Source of the DNA: Clostridia bacterium
Lineage (GTDB): Bacteria > Bacillota > Clostridia > Christensenellales > UBA1242
Assembly: GCA_016290255.1 (NCBI GenBank)
Contig: JAEETG010000113.1
Coordinates: forward strand, 1 to 25,377
Direction: 5' to 3'
Length of the DNA stretch: 25,377 nucleotides
Shown here: positions 1 through 8,846 of the stretch, one piece after another
Numbering within the stretch: the first letter of the stretch is position 1
How the letters are laid out: each line of letters starts with the position of its first letter
Program-made: the position numbers and the translations under genes
Notes under the pieces: generated by a model
What the model was told of the DNA's origin: nothing
Databases searched by the model: none
What the model saw: only the letters and a program-made list of their open reading frames with translations

Positions 1-159
1 AAAAAGAACTTATCACAGCAAGAACTAGCCACTCTTGTTGGAACAACCAGACAAACAATTATTGCAATTGAAAAAGGAACATTCAATCCATCTGCAAAAC
101 TTGCTCTACTTTTGTGTGTTGCACTGGATTGCAAGTTTGAGGAAATATTTTTCTTTTAA
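1..159 (+). CDS. XRE-family helix-turn-helix transcriptional regulator (5'-truncated by window edge)
   Basis: Frame 1 reads KKNLSQQELATLVGTTRQTIIAIEKGTFNPSAKLALLLCVALDCKFEEIFFF*, a classic HTH_3/XRE pattern. Not in the ORF track. Confidence 0.9.
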   Translation, partial: KKNLSQQELATLVGTTRQTIIAIEKGTFNPSAKLALLLCVALDCKFEEIFFF

Positions 160-164
160 AAACA

Positions 165-194
165 AAAAACAATTAGGTTTTCCTAATTGTTTTT
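165..194. terminator. Bidirectional Rho-independent terminator
   Basis: 13-bp inverted repeat AAAAACAATTAGG-tttt-CCTAATTGTTTTT between convergent genes. Confidence 0.8.
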
Positions 195-491
195 ATTTTG
201 TTCTAGTTCTTCAAACTCTTTCATTCCATTCAAAACATGTTGAACTTGGTTCACATCCAAATATTTTAAAAGGCCTAAAAGTTCTCCAACGTGATGAAGT
301 TCCTCTTCTTTTATGTGCTCCCAAGTTTTCTTTGCAAGTTCATTTCTTGTTGTGTGAATGTGACTGTCATATTCAATAATTGCATCAATCTCCCCAACCA
401 AATCTTTTCTTGCCTTTTGAAGTGCGTCGAAATCTAAATTAGATGCATTTGTTTGTGCATGATTTATGTTTTGATTCACATAGTTAAACAT
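183..491 (-). CDS. Small ferritin-like (EncFtn/rubrerythrin-like) di-iron protein, 102 aa
   Basis: Motifs GEIDAIIEY and EEELHHVGELL. Start moved to MFNY, behind SD GGAGGG. Confidence 0.75.
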   Translation of the reverse strand: MFNYVNQNINHAQTNASNLDFDALQKARKDLVGEIDAIIEYDSHIHTTRNELAKKTWEHIKEEELHHVGELLGLLKYLDVNQVQHVLNGMKEFEELEQNKNN

Positions 492-546
492 TTTTCCCTC
501 CTTTTGTTTTATATATGAAAAAAGAGAACTAAATGTGAGTGCATGA

Positions 547-575
547 TTGCCAAATAGCACTAAAAATGTTATAAT
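547..575 (+). promoter_or_regulatory. Sigma-A-type promoter of the LRR gene
   Basis: TTGCCA-17 nt-TATAAT with TG extension; SD AAGGAG before ATG 599. Confidence 0.7.
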
Positions 576-598
576 TATAACAAATTAAGGAGAAAAAT

Positions 599-1666
599 AT
601 GGGTAAAATATGTCATTCATTCTATTCAATTATGTTCATTTTGTTAATTACATTTACTTTTTGCTTTGCTGGGTGCGATAAAAAAATTAAAACAATAGCT
701 TTTGATCAACTATATAATTATACTGAAGATGGAGAAATTATTTCTTTAACCGAACTTGGAAAAAATCAAACCACTATTGAAATACCTGAAAAAATAAATG
801 ACACCGAAATAAAAAGAATAAATTATTTGGGAAGTTCGACAGTAAAAAACATAATTATAAAAGATAACATAGAATATATATCAATGGGTGCTTTACGTGA
901 CAATATATGTTTACAATCTTTAACTGTTCCTTTTTTAGGAAATCCAACAAGTTTTCGCAATATATATGACAGATTTGGTTCAACCAATTCTTTTCCAGAT
1001 TTATGGTATTTTTTCACAAACCCAATTGACCAAACCACTTACGCCAAAACAAATGAAGTTATACCAAAAACATTAAAACATATAAACATTACAGGCTCAT
1101 CATTGGTTGACGAAATTGAAATTGGCAGGATTGGAGGATATTCTATTGAATCAATCAGTTTACCAGAAAAGTTTATAATTAAAGATGGTTTTGGGTTTGG
1201 TAATTGTGTAAAAAATGTATCTGTAAACGTAAATAATACAAAATATGATAGTCGTGATAATTGTAATGCTATTATAGAAACTAAAACAAATACCTTAATA
1301 AAAGGTTGTATAAATTCAACAATACCAAACAGTGTTACAACTATTGGAAAAAGTGCATTTTCAGGAATTCATTTAAAAGAAATTATAATTCCATCAAGTG
1401 TAACAACAATAAAAGAATATGCCTTTTATAACATTAACACATTAGAAAATACTATTGTATTTATACCATCATCAGTAAAAGAAATTGATCAACATGCTTT
1501 TGGACTTGATAACTATAGTAATATAACCGGTTTCATATTTGAGCAACCAGAAGGGTGGAAAATAGGCAATTATATATTACCAGCAGATCAATTAAACACC
1601 CCCACAGCCGCTTATGAAACACTAAAAACCTCTAACAATTTTAATATATTAATTAATACTTTATAG
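599..1666 (+). CDS. BspA-type leucine-rich-repeat (LRR_5) lipoprotein, 355 aa
   Basis: Signal peptide with lipobox FAGC; repeats TIPNSVTTIGKSAF, IIIPSSVTTIKEYAF, FIPSSVKEIDQHAF. Confidence 0.85.
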   Translation: MGKICHSFYSIMFILLITFTFCFAGCDKKIKTIAFDQLYNYTEDGEIISLTELGKNQTTIEIPEKINDTEIKRINYLGSSTVKNIIIKDNIEYISMGALRDNICLQSLTVPFLGNPTSFRNIYDRFGSTNSFPDLWYFFTNPIDQTTYAKTNEVIPKTLKHINITGSSLVDEIEIGRIGGYSIESISLPEKFIIKDGFGFGNCVKNVSVNVNNTKYDSRDNCNAIIETKTNTLIKGCINSTIPNSVTTIGKSAFSGIHLKEIIIPSSVTTIKEYAFYNINTLENTIVFIPSSVKEIDQHAFGLDNYSNITGFIFEQPEGWKIGNYILPADQLNTPTAAYETLKTSNNFNILINTL

Positions 1667-1679
1667 AATATAATTTAGT

Positions 1680-1717
1680 AAAAAAGAGTAAAGTTCATTC
1701 ATACTTTACTCTTTTTT
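1680..1717. terminator. Bidirectional terminator
   Basis: 15-bp inverted repeat AAAAAAGAGTAAAGT / ACTTTACTCTTTTTT. Confidence 0.85.
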
Positions 1718-1777
1718 ATGTGGTAAACTACATAAAACTCATCATTGCTACAACATTTACGATATAAAATCATACTT

Positions 1778-2371
1778 CTACTGTACAGAATTTGGAAACT
1801 CGTATACATTTTTTAAAATTGCTATTGTAAATTTCATAGCAATTTCAGCATCTTCTTTGCTCGCTATTTTACAATTATGAGTGACATCATTACCCAATTG
1901 TCTAATTTTATCAACCCATACATTATTAGTTTTTGACGGCAAACAGTTTTGTTGTAAATAGTTTACATAATCTATAAATGACTTGTTAGGCACACCTCCC
2001 TGATCTACAGCCACATGTGCCATTAAAGTTCTTAAAGTTATCACACAGCAAGTGTAGGCTCCAATACCAAAAGCGTTTCTACATTCACTGTAAAGTTGTT
2101 CTATTTCATCAGGTAAATAATTTATATTCTCAAAGTTAGAAACCATTGGCAAAACTGATGCATCTGAGAACTTATATATAACTGGGCAACCACAAAACGG
2201 ACACTGTCCCGTATAATATACAAAATTTTTTCTAGAAAATTGTTTTGTTGTATCTATACTATAATATCTGGCATATACATCCAAAGCAATTTTATTATTA
2301 CAATGTCCACAAACACAAGTTATAGCATCTTGCAATTTTGAAACATAACTTTCCATTTTTAACTTTTCCAT
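1778..2371 (-). CDS. DUF4145 (HEPN-like) protein with N-terminal zinc ribbon, 197 aa
   Basis: CGHC...CPFC zinc ribbon; GAYTCCVITLRTLM and IRQLGNDVTH resemble DUF4145. Start moved to MEKLK behind SD GAGGTG. Confidence 0.7.
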   Translation of the reverse strand: MEKLKMESYVSKLQDAITCVCGHCNNKIALDVYARYYSIDTTKQFSRKNFVYYTGQCPFCGCPVIYKFSDASVLPMVSNFENINYLPDEIEQLYSECRNAFGIGAYTCCVITLRTLMAHVAVDQGGVPNKSFIDYVNYLQQNCLPSKTNNVWVDKIRQLGNDVTHNCKIASKEDAEIAMKFTIAILKNVYEFPNSVQ

Positions 2372-2392
2372 AATATCACCTCTACCATTTAT

Positions 2393-2421
2393 ATTATAAC
2401 ACAATAAATATATTTTTTCAA
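2393..2421 (-). promoter_or_regulatory. Sigma-A-type promoter of the DUF4145 gene
   Basis: Minus strand TTGAAA-17 nt-TATAAT with TGTG extension. Confidence 0.75.
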
Positions 2422-2438
2422 CAACAAAAAAGTCTGTG

Positions 2439-2472
2439 AAAAAAACAAACCAAAAACTTGGTTTGTTTTTTT
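2439..2472 (-). terminator. Terminator of the inositol monophosphatase gene
   Basis: Inverted repeat AAAAAAACAAACCAA-aaac-TTGGTTTGTTTTTTT overlapping the stop codon. Confidence 0.75.
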
Positions 2473-3214
2473 AGTCGTGTTTTGTTATTGCAATATCATT
2501 TTTATATGGTCCGCATTCTTTCTTTAATAAATCTGCAAATTCCTTGCAACTTGCCGCAATGTGGCATCCTTTTTCATCAATAATATAGCCACCCGCTTGT
2601 TTAACCAAATATTGCCCAGGAAGATAATCCCAAGGACTATCATTTTTAAAAACCGCACCGCTCAATCTTCCACAAGCAGTCCAAGCAAGATTCACACATT
2701 GCGCAGCACACACCCTCACATGCCTTGTTGCTTGAAACAACCTCACAAAACTTGGAGCCTTGTTCCCTCCATCAATTGCAAAACATGCGTGATTTATTTT
2801 CCAATCCTTTACCACAATTTTTTGGTCGTTTAGAAAAGCACCAGACTTATCGGCATAATATAATTCATTAAGCCTTGGAAGATACAAAACGCTTGCTGTG
2901 GTTTCTCCATTTTCAACCGATGCCACTTGAATCCCCCACAAAGGAAGCCCATGAGCAAAGTTAACCGTTCCATCAATTGGGTCAATCACAAAACAGTTTT
3001 GTGTGAGTGTTTTTTGGGAATTTGTTTCCTCACTCACAATATCAAACTTTGGATATTGCTTGTTCATTTTTTTAATCAAATAACTTTCAATTTCTAAATC
3101 AAAGTTTGTGACCAAATCACCAAACTCACCTTTCGCTTTAATTTCAAACTCAGGAGTTATTAACCCTGCTGCTTCTTTCACAATTTGCACCAAAAACTCT
3201 GTCATCTTTTCCAT
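2471..3214 (-). CDS. Inositol monophosphatase family protein (SuhB-like)
   Basis: Motifs LVTNFD, VSEE, VIDPIDGTVNF, WDYLPG. Start at MEKM behind SD AAGGTGG. Confidence 0.9.
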   Translation of the reverse strand: MEKMTEFLVQIVKEAAGLITPEFEIKAKGEFGDLVTNFDLEIESYLIKKMNKQYPKFDIVSEETNSQKTLTQNCFVIDPIDGTVNFAHGLPLWGIQVASVENGETTASVLYLPRLNELYYADKSGAFLNDQKIVVKDWKINHACFAIDGGNKAPSFVRLFQATRHVRVCAAQCVNLAWTACGRLSGAVFKNDSPWDYLPGQYLVKQAGGYIIDEKGCHIAASCKEFADLLKKECGPYKNDIAITKHD

Positions 3215-3300
3215 AATATTTTCCACCTTTATAAGAAAAATTATATCATATCAAAAATTCTTTTGCAAAGCAAAAAACCTGATGAGAAAAAATAAAAACA

Positions 3301-3333
3301 AAAAAATCGAACACATAAGCACTCGATTTAGTC
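3301..3333 (-). repeat. Second copy of the tRNA-Leu terminator hairpin (31/33 identical to 4567-4599)
   Basis: AAAAAATCGAACACATAAGCACTCGATTTAGTC vs AAAAAATCGAACACATATGCATTCGATTTAGTC. Confidence 0.85.
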
Positions 3334-3361
3334 CCTAACAATTAAAAATTTGTCAATAGTT

Positions 3362-4000
3362 TTATTTAACATTTTCTATATCATGATTCAAAACATAGTT
3401 CGACACTTCTAAAAAGTTTTCATCATAATTATATCGTTTTTGCCCAAATTTCAACCAAGCAGCAGACCATGTTTTCTCATCATCTATAGCCTTTTTAACC
3501 ACAGGATTTTTTGTGTATTCATTATTATGCTGATCATTTAGATTAACACATCCTTCTTGGTCATATAATTTACATTGAATATCGCATTCAAGCTTATCAC
3601 AATAATAAGCGAATTTTGCCTCTTTTGTTTCTCTTTTATCAAATTCAAACACCAAATCTTTTATGGCTTTTCCGTTAGACAAAATGCTTGTTAGATTTTC
3701 CACCGCCTGATGTCCTTTCTCTTGTTTTGATTTAGCATCAACATCAAAAATTGTTAAGTCACCAATAACAATTTCTTCCAATTCATGAACAGCAAGCATT
3801 GATAATGTTTTTTGTAAATCAATATCATATTCATATTCAGACCACATTGAAATTGCAAGCATTTGAACTCCAAAAATGTGCTCAGCAATGCTTTCCACCC
3901 TTTCTCGTTTAACACCCCAGGCTTTCCATCCTGTTCTGATTTCATTTTTTAACTTATTACAAAAAATATAAAATTCCACAACATTTTTAGCTTTTTCCAT
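3362..4000 (-). CDS. HD-domain phosphohydrolase (HD_3, YfbR/HDDC2-like)
   Basis: LKNEIRTGW, ESIAEH, VHELEE, GD, DKLE pattern. Confidence 0.85.
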   Translation of the reverse strand: MEKAKNVVEFYIFCNKLKNEIRTGWKAWGVKRERVESIAEHIFGVQMLAISMWSEYEYDIDLQKTLSMLAVHELEEIVIGDLTIFDVDAKSKQEKGHQAVENLTSILSNGKAIKDLVFEFDKRETKEAKFAYYCDKLECDIQCKLYDQEGCVNLNDQHNNEYTKNPVVKKAIDDEKTWSAAWLKFGQKRYNYDENFLEVSNYVLNHDIENVK

Positions 4001-4037
4001 TTTCCCTCCACTATGATAATCTAGACTGTTTAATATT

Positions 4038-4433
4038 TTATCTTTTTGTTATCATCAATTCATTATAACCTGTGGTTTCATCAAAAACTTTTCCAAAAAT
4101 ATAACTTTCCAATTCCAAAATCACAAGTTCACATGTTGTGTTCACCTCGCACCCCTCAACCATGTGACCGCCAACAACAGACAAATCTTCTTTTGCTAAG
4201 CTTATGTGAATATGAAGCCTTTCACTTGAAACCGTTCCCATCAAACTCACAATTTCAAGTGGCTCCACAAGTGTTTGAATGTTCTTTCCTCCAGCATCAC
4301 GCATTTTTGCCTGAGACAAACATCCAACCCCACTAACTATAACTCCAGCCTTTATGTTATTTTCTTTACAAAACTCAAAAATTGTTTTATATAAATCCTT
4401 TCCCTTTGTTAAACGAACAGCAAATTCTTTCAT
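4038..4433 (-). CDS. PPC/DUF296 domain protein
   Basis: AVRLTKGKDL, SGVGCL, EIVSLMGT, HIHISL, GGHMVEG. Start MKEF behind SD GAGGTG. Confidence 0.9.
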   Translation of the reverse strand: MKEFAVRLTKGKDLYKTIFEFCKENNIKAGVIVSGVGCLSQAKMRDAGGKNIQTLVEPLEIVSLMGTVSSERLHIHISLAKEDLSVVGGHMVEGCEVNTTCELVILELESYIFGKVFDETTGYNELMITKR

Positions 4434-4566
4434 CAACTTCACCTCTACAATAATTAGTTTTTATTATTACATAATCGTCTCAAAAAGTCAAGCACACTTT
4501 CCCACACACCCAGCTTTACTAAAATAGTATTACTAATTCAAGCCTAAAGCACATTTTTGTTCAATA

Positions 4567-4599
4567 AAAAAATCGAACACATATGCATTCGATTTAGTC
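4567..4599 (-). terminator. Terminator of tRNA-Leu
   Basis: Hairpin AAATCGAA...TTCGATTT followed by a T-run on the minus strand, immediately 3' of the tRNA. Confidence 0.8.
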
Positions 4600-4605
4600 T
4601 TTTTC

Positions 4606-4688
4606 TGGTGCGGATGAAGGGACTCGAACCCCCATGGTCGCCCACTAGATCCTAAGTCTAGCGCGTCTACCAATTTCGCCACATCCGC
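4606..4688 (-). tRNA. tRNA-Leu (TAG), CCA encoded
   Basis: GCGGATGTGGCGAAATTGGTAGACGCGCTAGACTTAGGATCTAGT...GGTTCGAGTCCCTTCATCCGCACCA; long variable arm. Confidence 0.97.
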
Positions 4689-4697
4689 ATATCAAAC

Positions 4698-4726
4698 ATT
4701 ATATAACAAAATTTTCCAAAAATCAA
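4698..4726 (-). promoter_or_regulatory. Promoter of tRNA-Leu
   Basis: Minus strand TTGATT-17 nt-TATAAT. Confidence 0.7.
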
Positions 4727-4814
4727 GTAAAAAATTAAAATCTTTTGTTTATTATTTTATTGTGAAAAAAATTTTTGTGTGATATAATATGAATAATATT
4801 TTAGGAGGAGCAAC

Positions 4815-5327
4815 ATGGAAACACAAAAAGCATCAAATATTTTTTCAATTGTTTTGTCTAGCTTAACCATTTTAAGCGCTGTTTCTGTGTTCTTGGGGCA
4901 CATGTGCACAAACATGATTGGCTCTGGATTTTTTGCATACCTTCTAAACATTTTCTCCGCTCCAATACTTATGATTTTTCCTGTTTTTGTTAGCATTTTT
5001 GGTGGCCTTTGGGTTGTTTACATCATTGTTTCAATATTTTTGGTTGTTGGAATCATAAACTTGATTGTTTCCATAAAACTTATAAAAGATGAAAACTTTA
5101 ATTATTCATGTTTTGTTACAAACTTTGTTTGTTCTTGCATTGCAATATTTTTGGCTGCTTTAATCTTTTATTCACTTATTGCAAATGGATTCAAAATTTT
5201 GAGTGACTCAAGCATTTGGAGCATTTTTTGGTTAATACTTTTCTTGATTGGAATCATTTGGAGTTTTGTTTTAAAAATTATTTTGATGGTTAGATACAAT
5301 AAAAACACCGAAATTGTTGTGAAATAA
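4815..5327 (+). CDS. Hypothetical membrane protein with about 4 TM helices
   Basis: Four long hydrophobic stretches; SD GGAGGAG; TGTGATATAAT extended -10 upstream. Confidence 0.8.
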   Translation: METQKASNIFSIVLSSLTILSAVSVFLGHMCTNMIGSGFFAYLLNIFSAPILMIFPVFVSIFGGLWVVYIIVSIFLVVGIINLIVSIKLIKDENFNYSCFVTNFVCSCIAIFLAALIFYSLIANGFKILSDSSIWSIFWLILFLIGIIWSFVLKIILMVRYNKNTEIVVK

Positions 5328-5352
5328 AAAAAGCCTATGATAGGCTTTTTTT
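5326..5352. terminator. Bidirectional terminator
   Basis: AAAAAAAGCCTA-tga-TAGGCTTTTTTT between convergent genes. Confidence 0.85.
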
Positions 5353-5365
5353 ATTTAAAAAACTT

Positions 5366-6412
5366 TTATGAAATTGTTCTGATGGAATCTAGTTGTCTTC
5401 TTATTAGTGCGCTTTGTTCACGAGCCTTTTCTCTCTGATCACGAAGTTGTTCATATGTTGGCCTATTGTCTTTTTCGTCATAAACAATTTTGCCATCTTT
5501 TTGTTTCTTACCTTTTGGTTTATAGTATGAACCATACAAAACATCTCTGATGAGCCTTTCGTTTGTTTCCTTACTATGCTTAGACATTTCATTGCCTTTT
5601 GACACTAGTTCCATAAACCTTGAAACCATTTTTTCTTTTTGGTCTATTTTTATTCTTACTTTAAACTTTTCTCCAACTTCTATAATTTTGTTTATGTCGC
5701 CGTGCTTTATGACGTGGTCAAAATATGTATCCAAACTCAAATAAGGTGCAAATGGCAAATTGTGTGTTTGATAAAAATCCGAAATCTCTTTTGCACTAAA
5801 ATGTTCATATAGAACCTCTTTCACAACATCTTTAACAAAACCTTCATCCGATATTTTTTTCTCTAAATAATTATAAAGTATATCAACATTTTCTCTTAAA
5901 CGTTTATCTTTATCCATACCCCATATTGTTTTACCAATTTTTTTCTCGTTTTCAAAATACAGTTCAAGAGCCCTTTCCTCAAACATTTTTTGTTTGTCTA
6001 ATTCACCTTTAGAATGATTTAATTTTGCCATTTCAAGTTGCGTTTCCATTCTTCCATGCTGCAACACAGTTTGCTCAATAGCCTCAATTGTTTGTTCACT
6101 AAATTTCACTTTACCATGGCGCAAAATATCCACACAAAACCACACGTTTTCAGATTGTGCCAAAATGTCTTCACCCATTTTCACGCTTGATGGATATCTT
6201 TTGAAATATTCATAAGCAGTTTTTGATTGATCAAATGATTCCTGGCGTTTATGCAAATAATCAAACACTAATTTTAGGTATGGTTCAGTGTATTCAGGAT
6301 ATTGATCCAAAAATTTTACAACATCATCTGTGCATGCACCATAATTGGTTTCTATTTCTTTTTTCATTTTTTCATATTGAATCTTTCCAGAAATTTTATC
6401 AACAATTTTCAT
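5366..6412 (-). CDS. Hypothetical helical, highly charged protein, 348 aa
   Basis: Long ORF with SD AAGGTG, 19 bp downstream of the helicase stop; no family recognised. Confidence 0.75.
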   Translation of the reverse strand: MKIVDKISGKIQYEKMKKEIETNYGACTDDVVKFLDQYPEYTEPYLKLVFDYLHKRQESFDQSKTAYEYFKRYPSSVKMGEDILAQSENVWFCVDILRHGKVKFSEQTIEAIEQTVLQHGRMETQLEMAKLNHSKGELDKQKMFEERALELYFENEKKIGKTIWGMDKDKRLRENVDILYNYLEKKISDEGFVKDVVKEVLYEHFSAKEISDFYQTHNLPFAPYLSLDTYFDHVIKHGDINKIIEVGEKFKVRIKIDQKEKMVSRFMELVSKGNEMSKHSKETNERLIRDVLYGSYYKPKGKKQKDGKIVYDEKDNRPTYEQLRDQREKAREQSALIRRQLDSIRTIS

Positions 6413-6434
6413 CAAACATCATCACCTTTTAAAC

Positions 6435-7676
6435 TTATTTTCTTCCTTTGCGAAATTTTTGAGGATTTTTTCCATAATTTTGTTGTTTTTTGTGTTTAAA
6501 ACTGCCGTTCTTCTTTTCTCTGCCAGCAAATTTGTTTTCAAGTTTTATTTCATCAATGTTTTCAAGTTGCAATCTTTTCAGAGTTATTTTTGCTTTTATC
6601 ATTTTTTCAATTTGCTTAAGTTTTTGTTGCTGGTCATCGCTGTTTAAAATTGTCCAAGCAAAACCATCTTTTCCTGCTCTTCCCGTTCTTCCAATTCTGT
6701 GAATGTAGTTTTCAAGGTTTTGTGGTAAATCAAAGTTCACAACATGCAAAATGTCATTAACGTCAATTCCGCGAGCCGCAACATCGGTTGTGATTAAGAT
6801 TTCCACTTTTCCACTTTTATATTCGTTCATAACTCTTGTTCTTTGTGATTGTGGCATGTCACCATGCAGCACCGCTGGTCTATAACCCATCTTCTCCAAA
6901 TATGACTGCACCATTCCAACCATGTTTTTCGTGTTACAAAAAATTAAAGTTCTCCCTCTTTCAAGTTCACGAAGAAGTGAATGAAGTGCTTTTTTCTTTT
7001 TATCCTTTGGCACCAAAAAGTATGTTTGAGTGATTGCATCCAAAGTTGTGTTCTGTTTTCCAACCTTTATGGTTTGCGGGTTTTTCATATAATCAGCACT
7101 TATGCTTGTCACTTCATCATTCATTGTTGCAGAAAACAAAAGTGTTTGGCGGCTTTCTGGAGTTTTTGAAATGATTGTTATGATATCTTTTCTAAATCCC
7201 ATATTAAACATTTCATCTGCCTCATCTAACACAAGTGTTTGAACATTTTGAAGTTTTAGGGTGTGCCTTTTAATGTGGTCCAAAACTCTTCCCGGAGTTC
7301 CAATCACAATGTTTGGTCTTCTTTTTAGAGAAAAAATTTGTTGCTTTATGTCTGCCCCACCATAAACTGCCACCGACCTTATGTGTTTTAGGTGCATTGA
7401 ATATTCTTTTATTTCTTGCCTTATTTGCTGCACAAGTTCTCTTGTTGGGCACAAAATTAGTGCTTGAACGCAGTCGTTATCCTTGTCTATTTTTTGCAGA
7501 ATTGGCAAAACAAAAGCAAGCGTTTTCCCTGTTCCAGTTTGCGAAAGCCCAATAACATCTTCTCCCTCTAAAATTTTTGGGATTGACTTTTCTTGTATTT
7601 CAGTTGGCTTAATAAATTTCTTTTGTTTCAAAACCATCTTTAACTCTTCAATCAAATTCATGTCTTTAAAATTCAT
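6435..7676 (-). CDS. DEAD-box RNA helicase (CshA/DeaD-like)
   Basis: PTEIQ, SQTGTGKT, PTREL, TPGR, DEAD, SAT, HGDMPQ, TDVAARGID, HRIGRTGRAG; basic C-tail. Confidence 0.97.
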   Translation of the reverse strand: MNFKDMNLIEELKMVLKQKKFIKPTEIQEKSIPKILEGEDVIGLSQTGTGKTLAFVLPILQKIDKDNDCVQALILCPTRELVQQIRQEIKEYSMHLKHIRSVAVYGGADIKQQIFSLKRRPNIVIGTPGRVLDHIKRHTLKLQNVQTLVLDEADEMFNMGFRKDIITIISKTPESRQTLLFSATMNDEVTSISADYMKNPQTIKVGKQNTTLDAITQTYFLVPKDKKKKALHSLLRELERGRTLIFCNTKNMVGMVQSYLEKMGYRPAVLHGDMPQSQRTRVMNEYKSGKVEILITTDVAARGIDVNDILHVVNFDLPQNLENYIHRIGRTGRAGKDGFAWTILNSDDQQQKLKQIEKMIKAKITLKRLQLENIDEIKLENKFAGREKKNGSFKHKKQQNYGKNPQKFRKGRK

Positions 7677-7769
7677 ATGCACCTCTTTAAGATATATTTT
7701 TTATTATAGCACAAAAACACACAAATAGACAAACAAAAAAGCATATAAGCTTTATGCTCTATATGCTTT

Positions 7770-8543
7770 CTATCTTTTAACAACTTTTTTTGCTGTTTTT
7801 GCCACTTTTGGTGCCGCCTTTTTTGTTGTTGACGACTTTTTGGCTGTGGTTTTCGGCTTTATTGTTTTTGTTGTTTTAGCCTCTATGCTTGCCACTTTTT
7901 TGGTTTGTGGCTTTTTCACAACCTTTTTGTCACTTGCACGAGTGGTTGCCTTGGTTGCTCTTTTTGCTGGTGCTTTGCTTGTTTTTTTGCTTGCGGTTTT
8001 TCTCACAGGTTTTGGCTTAACCAATTTTTCTTCTTCCCTGTTAATTTCTTCCTCAACCATATATAGTGGTTTTGTTATTCCTTCAAGTTTCATGTTTGCT
8101 TCATCAAACTTTTTCTCTTCAATCACAGAGCAAAACAAAACATTGTCTGTTAATTGGTTTATGAACCTATCATTAAGTGCTGGTGAAATGTAGATTTCTT
8201 TTGTTTTATTCTTTTTCTTGTAAACAATTCTTATACAGCTGTTTGCTAGTTTTGCAGAAACCTTTGCACTGTCACAAGGAACAACGGCAACAATATCTTC
8301 ATATTTTATCTTCTTGCCCATTGCAAACCACAAACAAGTGATTTTTAAATAGTCTTGTGTTAGATTATAGTGAGTGAAAAAGAATGGAGGAATCACAAAC
8401 AAAACAAAAATTGCAGAAAACACCAAAAAAGGAATCCAAATTCCAGATAACCCCCAAAACATCAAAAGCCCTATATCAATCATGCACATAATCAAAAACC
8501 CTAAAAATGTACATGTTCCAATTTTACTACTAAATCTTTCCAT
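7770..8543 (-). CDS. Membrane protein with bacterial PH-like domain and Lys/Ala/Thr-rich tail, 257 aa
   Basis: Two N-terminal TM helices, KKIKYEDI...IYISP PH-like segment, low-complexity basic tail. Start MERF behind SD GGGGAG. Confidence 0.7.
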   Translation of the reverse strand: MERFSSKIGTCTFLGFLIMCMIDIGLLMFWGLSGIWIPFLVFSAIFVLFVIPPFFFTHYNLTQDYLKITCLWFAMGKKIKYEDIVAVVPCDSAKVSAKLANSCIRIVYKKKNKTKEIYISPALNDRFINQLTDNVLFCSVIEEKKFDEANMKLEGITKPLYMVEEEINREEEKLVKPKPVRKTASKKTSKAPAKRATKATTRASDKKVVKKPQTKKVASIEAKTTKTIKPKTTAKKSSTTKKAAPKVAKTAKKVVKR

Positions 8544-8673
8544 AGCACTCCCCTTATGGTTAAAGTATAACTTTTTACGACAAAAAAGTAAAGAAAATAC
8601 GCTCAGTATTTGCATTTTTTTGTTCAATATCAAAGGTAACACAAAGTTTTAATAAAAATATGCCGCAAAATTA

Positions 8674-8702
8674 TTGACACAACAAAAAAAATCTGCTAAA
8701 AT
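8674..8702 (+). promoter_or_regulatory. Promoter of tRNA-Asn
   Basis: TTGACA-17 nt-TAAAAT with TG extension. Confidence 0.8.
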
Positions 8703-8739
8703 GAATTCATAATCCGCTTGGATTATGGACCCAACCTAT

Positions 8740-8815
8740 TCCTCAATAGCTCAGTTGGTAGAGCATCCGGCTGTTAACCGGCAGGTCGCAGGTTCAAGTC
8801 CTGCTTGAGGAGCCA
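8740..8815 (+). tRNA. tRNA-Asn (GTT), CCA encoded
   Basis: TCCTCAATAGCTCAGTTGGTAGAGCATCCGGCTGTTAACCGGCAGGTCGCAGGTTCAAGTCCTGCTTGAGGAGCCA, 76-nt cloverleaf. Confidence 0.97.
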
Positions 8816-8846
8816 ATAAAAGCCTTTTTAAAGGCTTTTTTTGTTT
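8812..8846 (+). repeat. tRNA 3' GCCA plus terminator, copy 1 of a 35-bp perfect direct repeat
   Basis: GCCAATAAAAGCCTTTTTAAAGGCTTTTTTTGTTT, identical to 9005-9039. Confidence 0.95.

Noticed and set aside
35-379. 114-aa ORF in the track
   Set aside because: Overlaps the real XRE gene in another frame and the ferritin-like gene on the opposite strand, and crosses a terminator.
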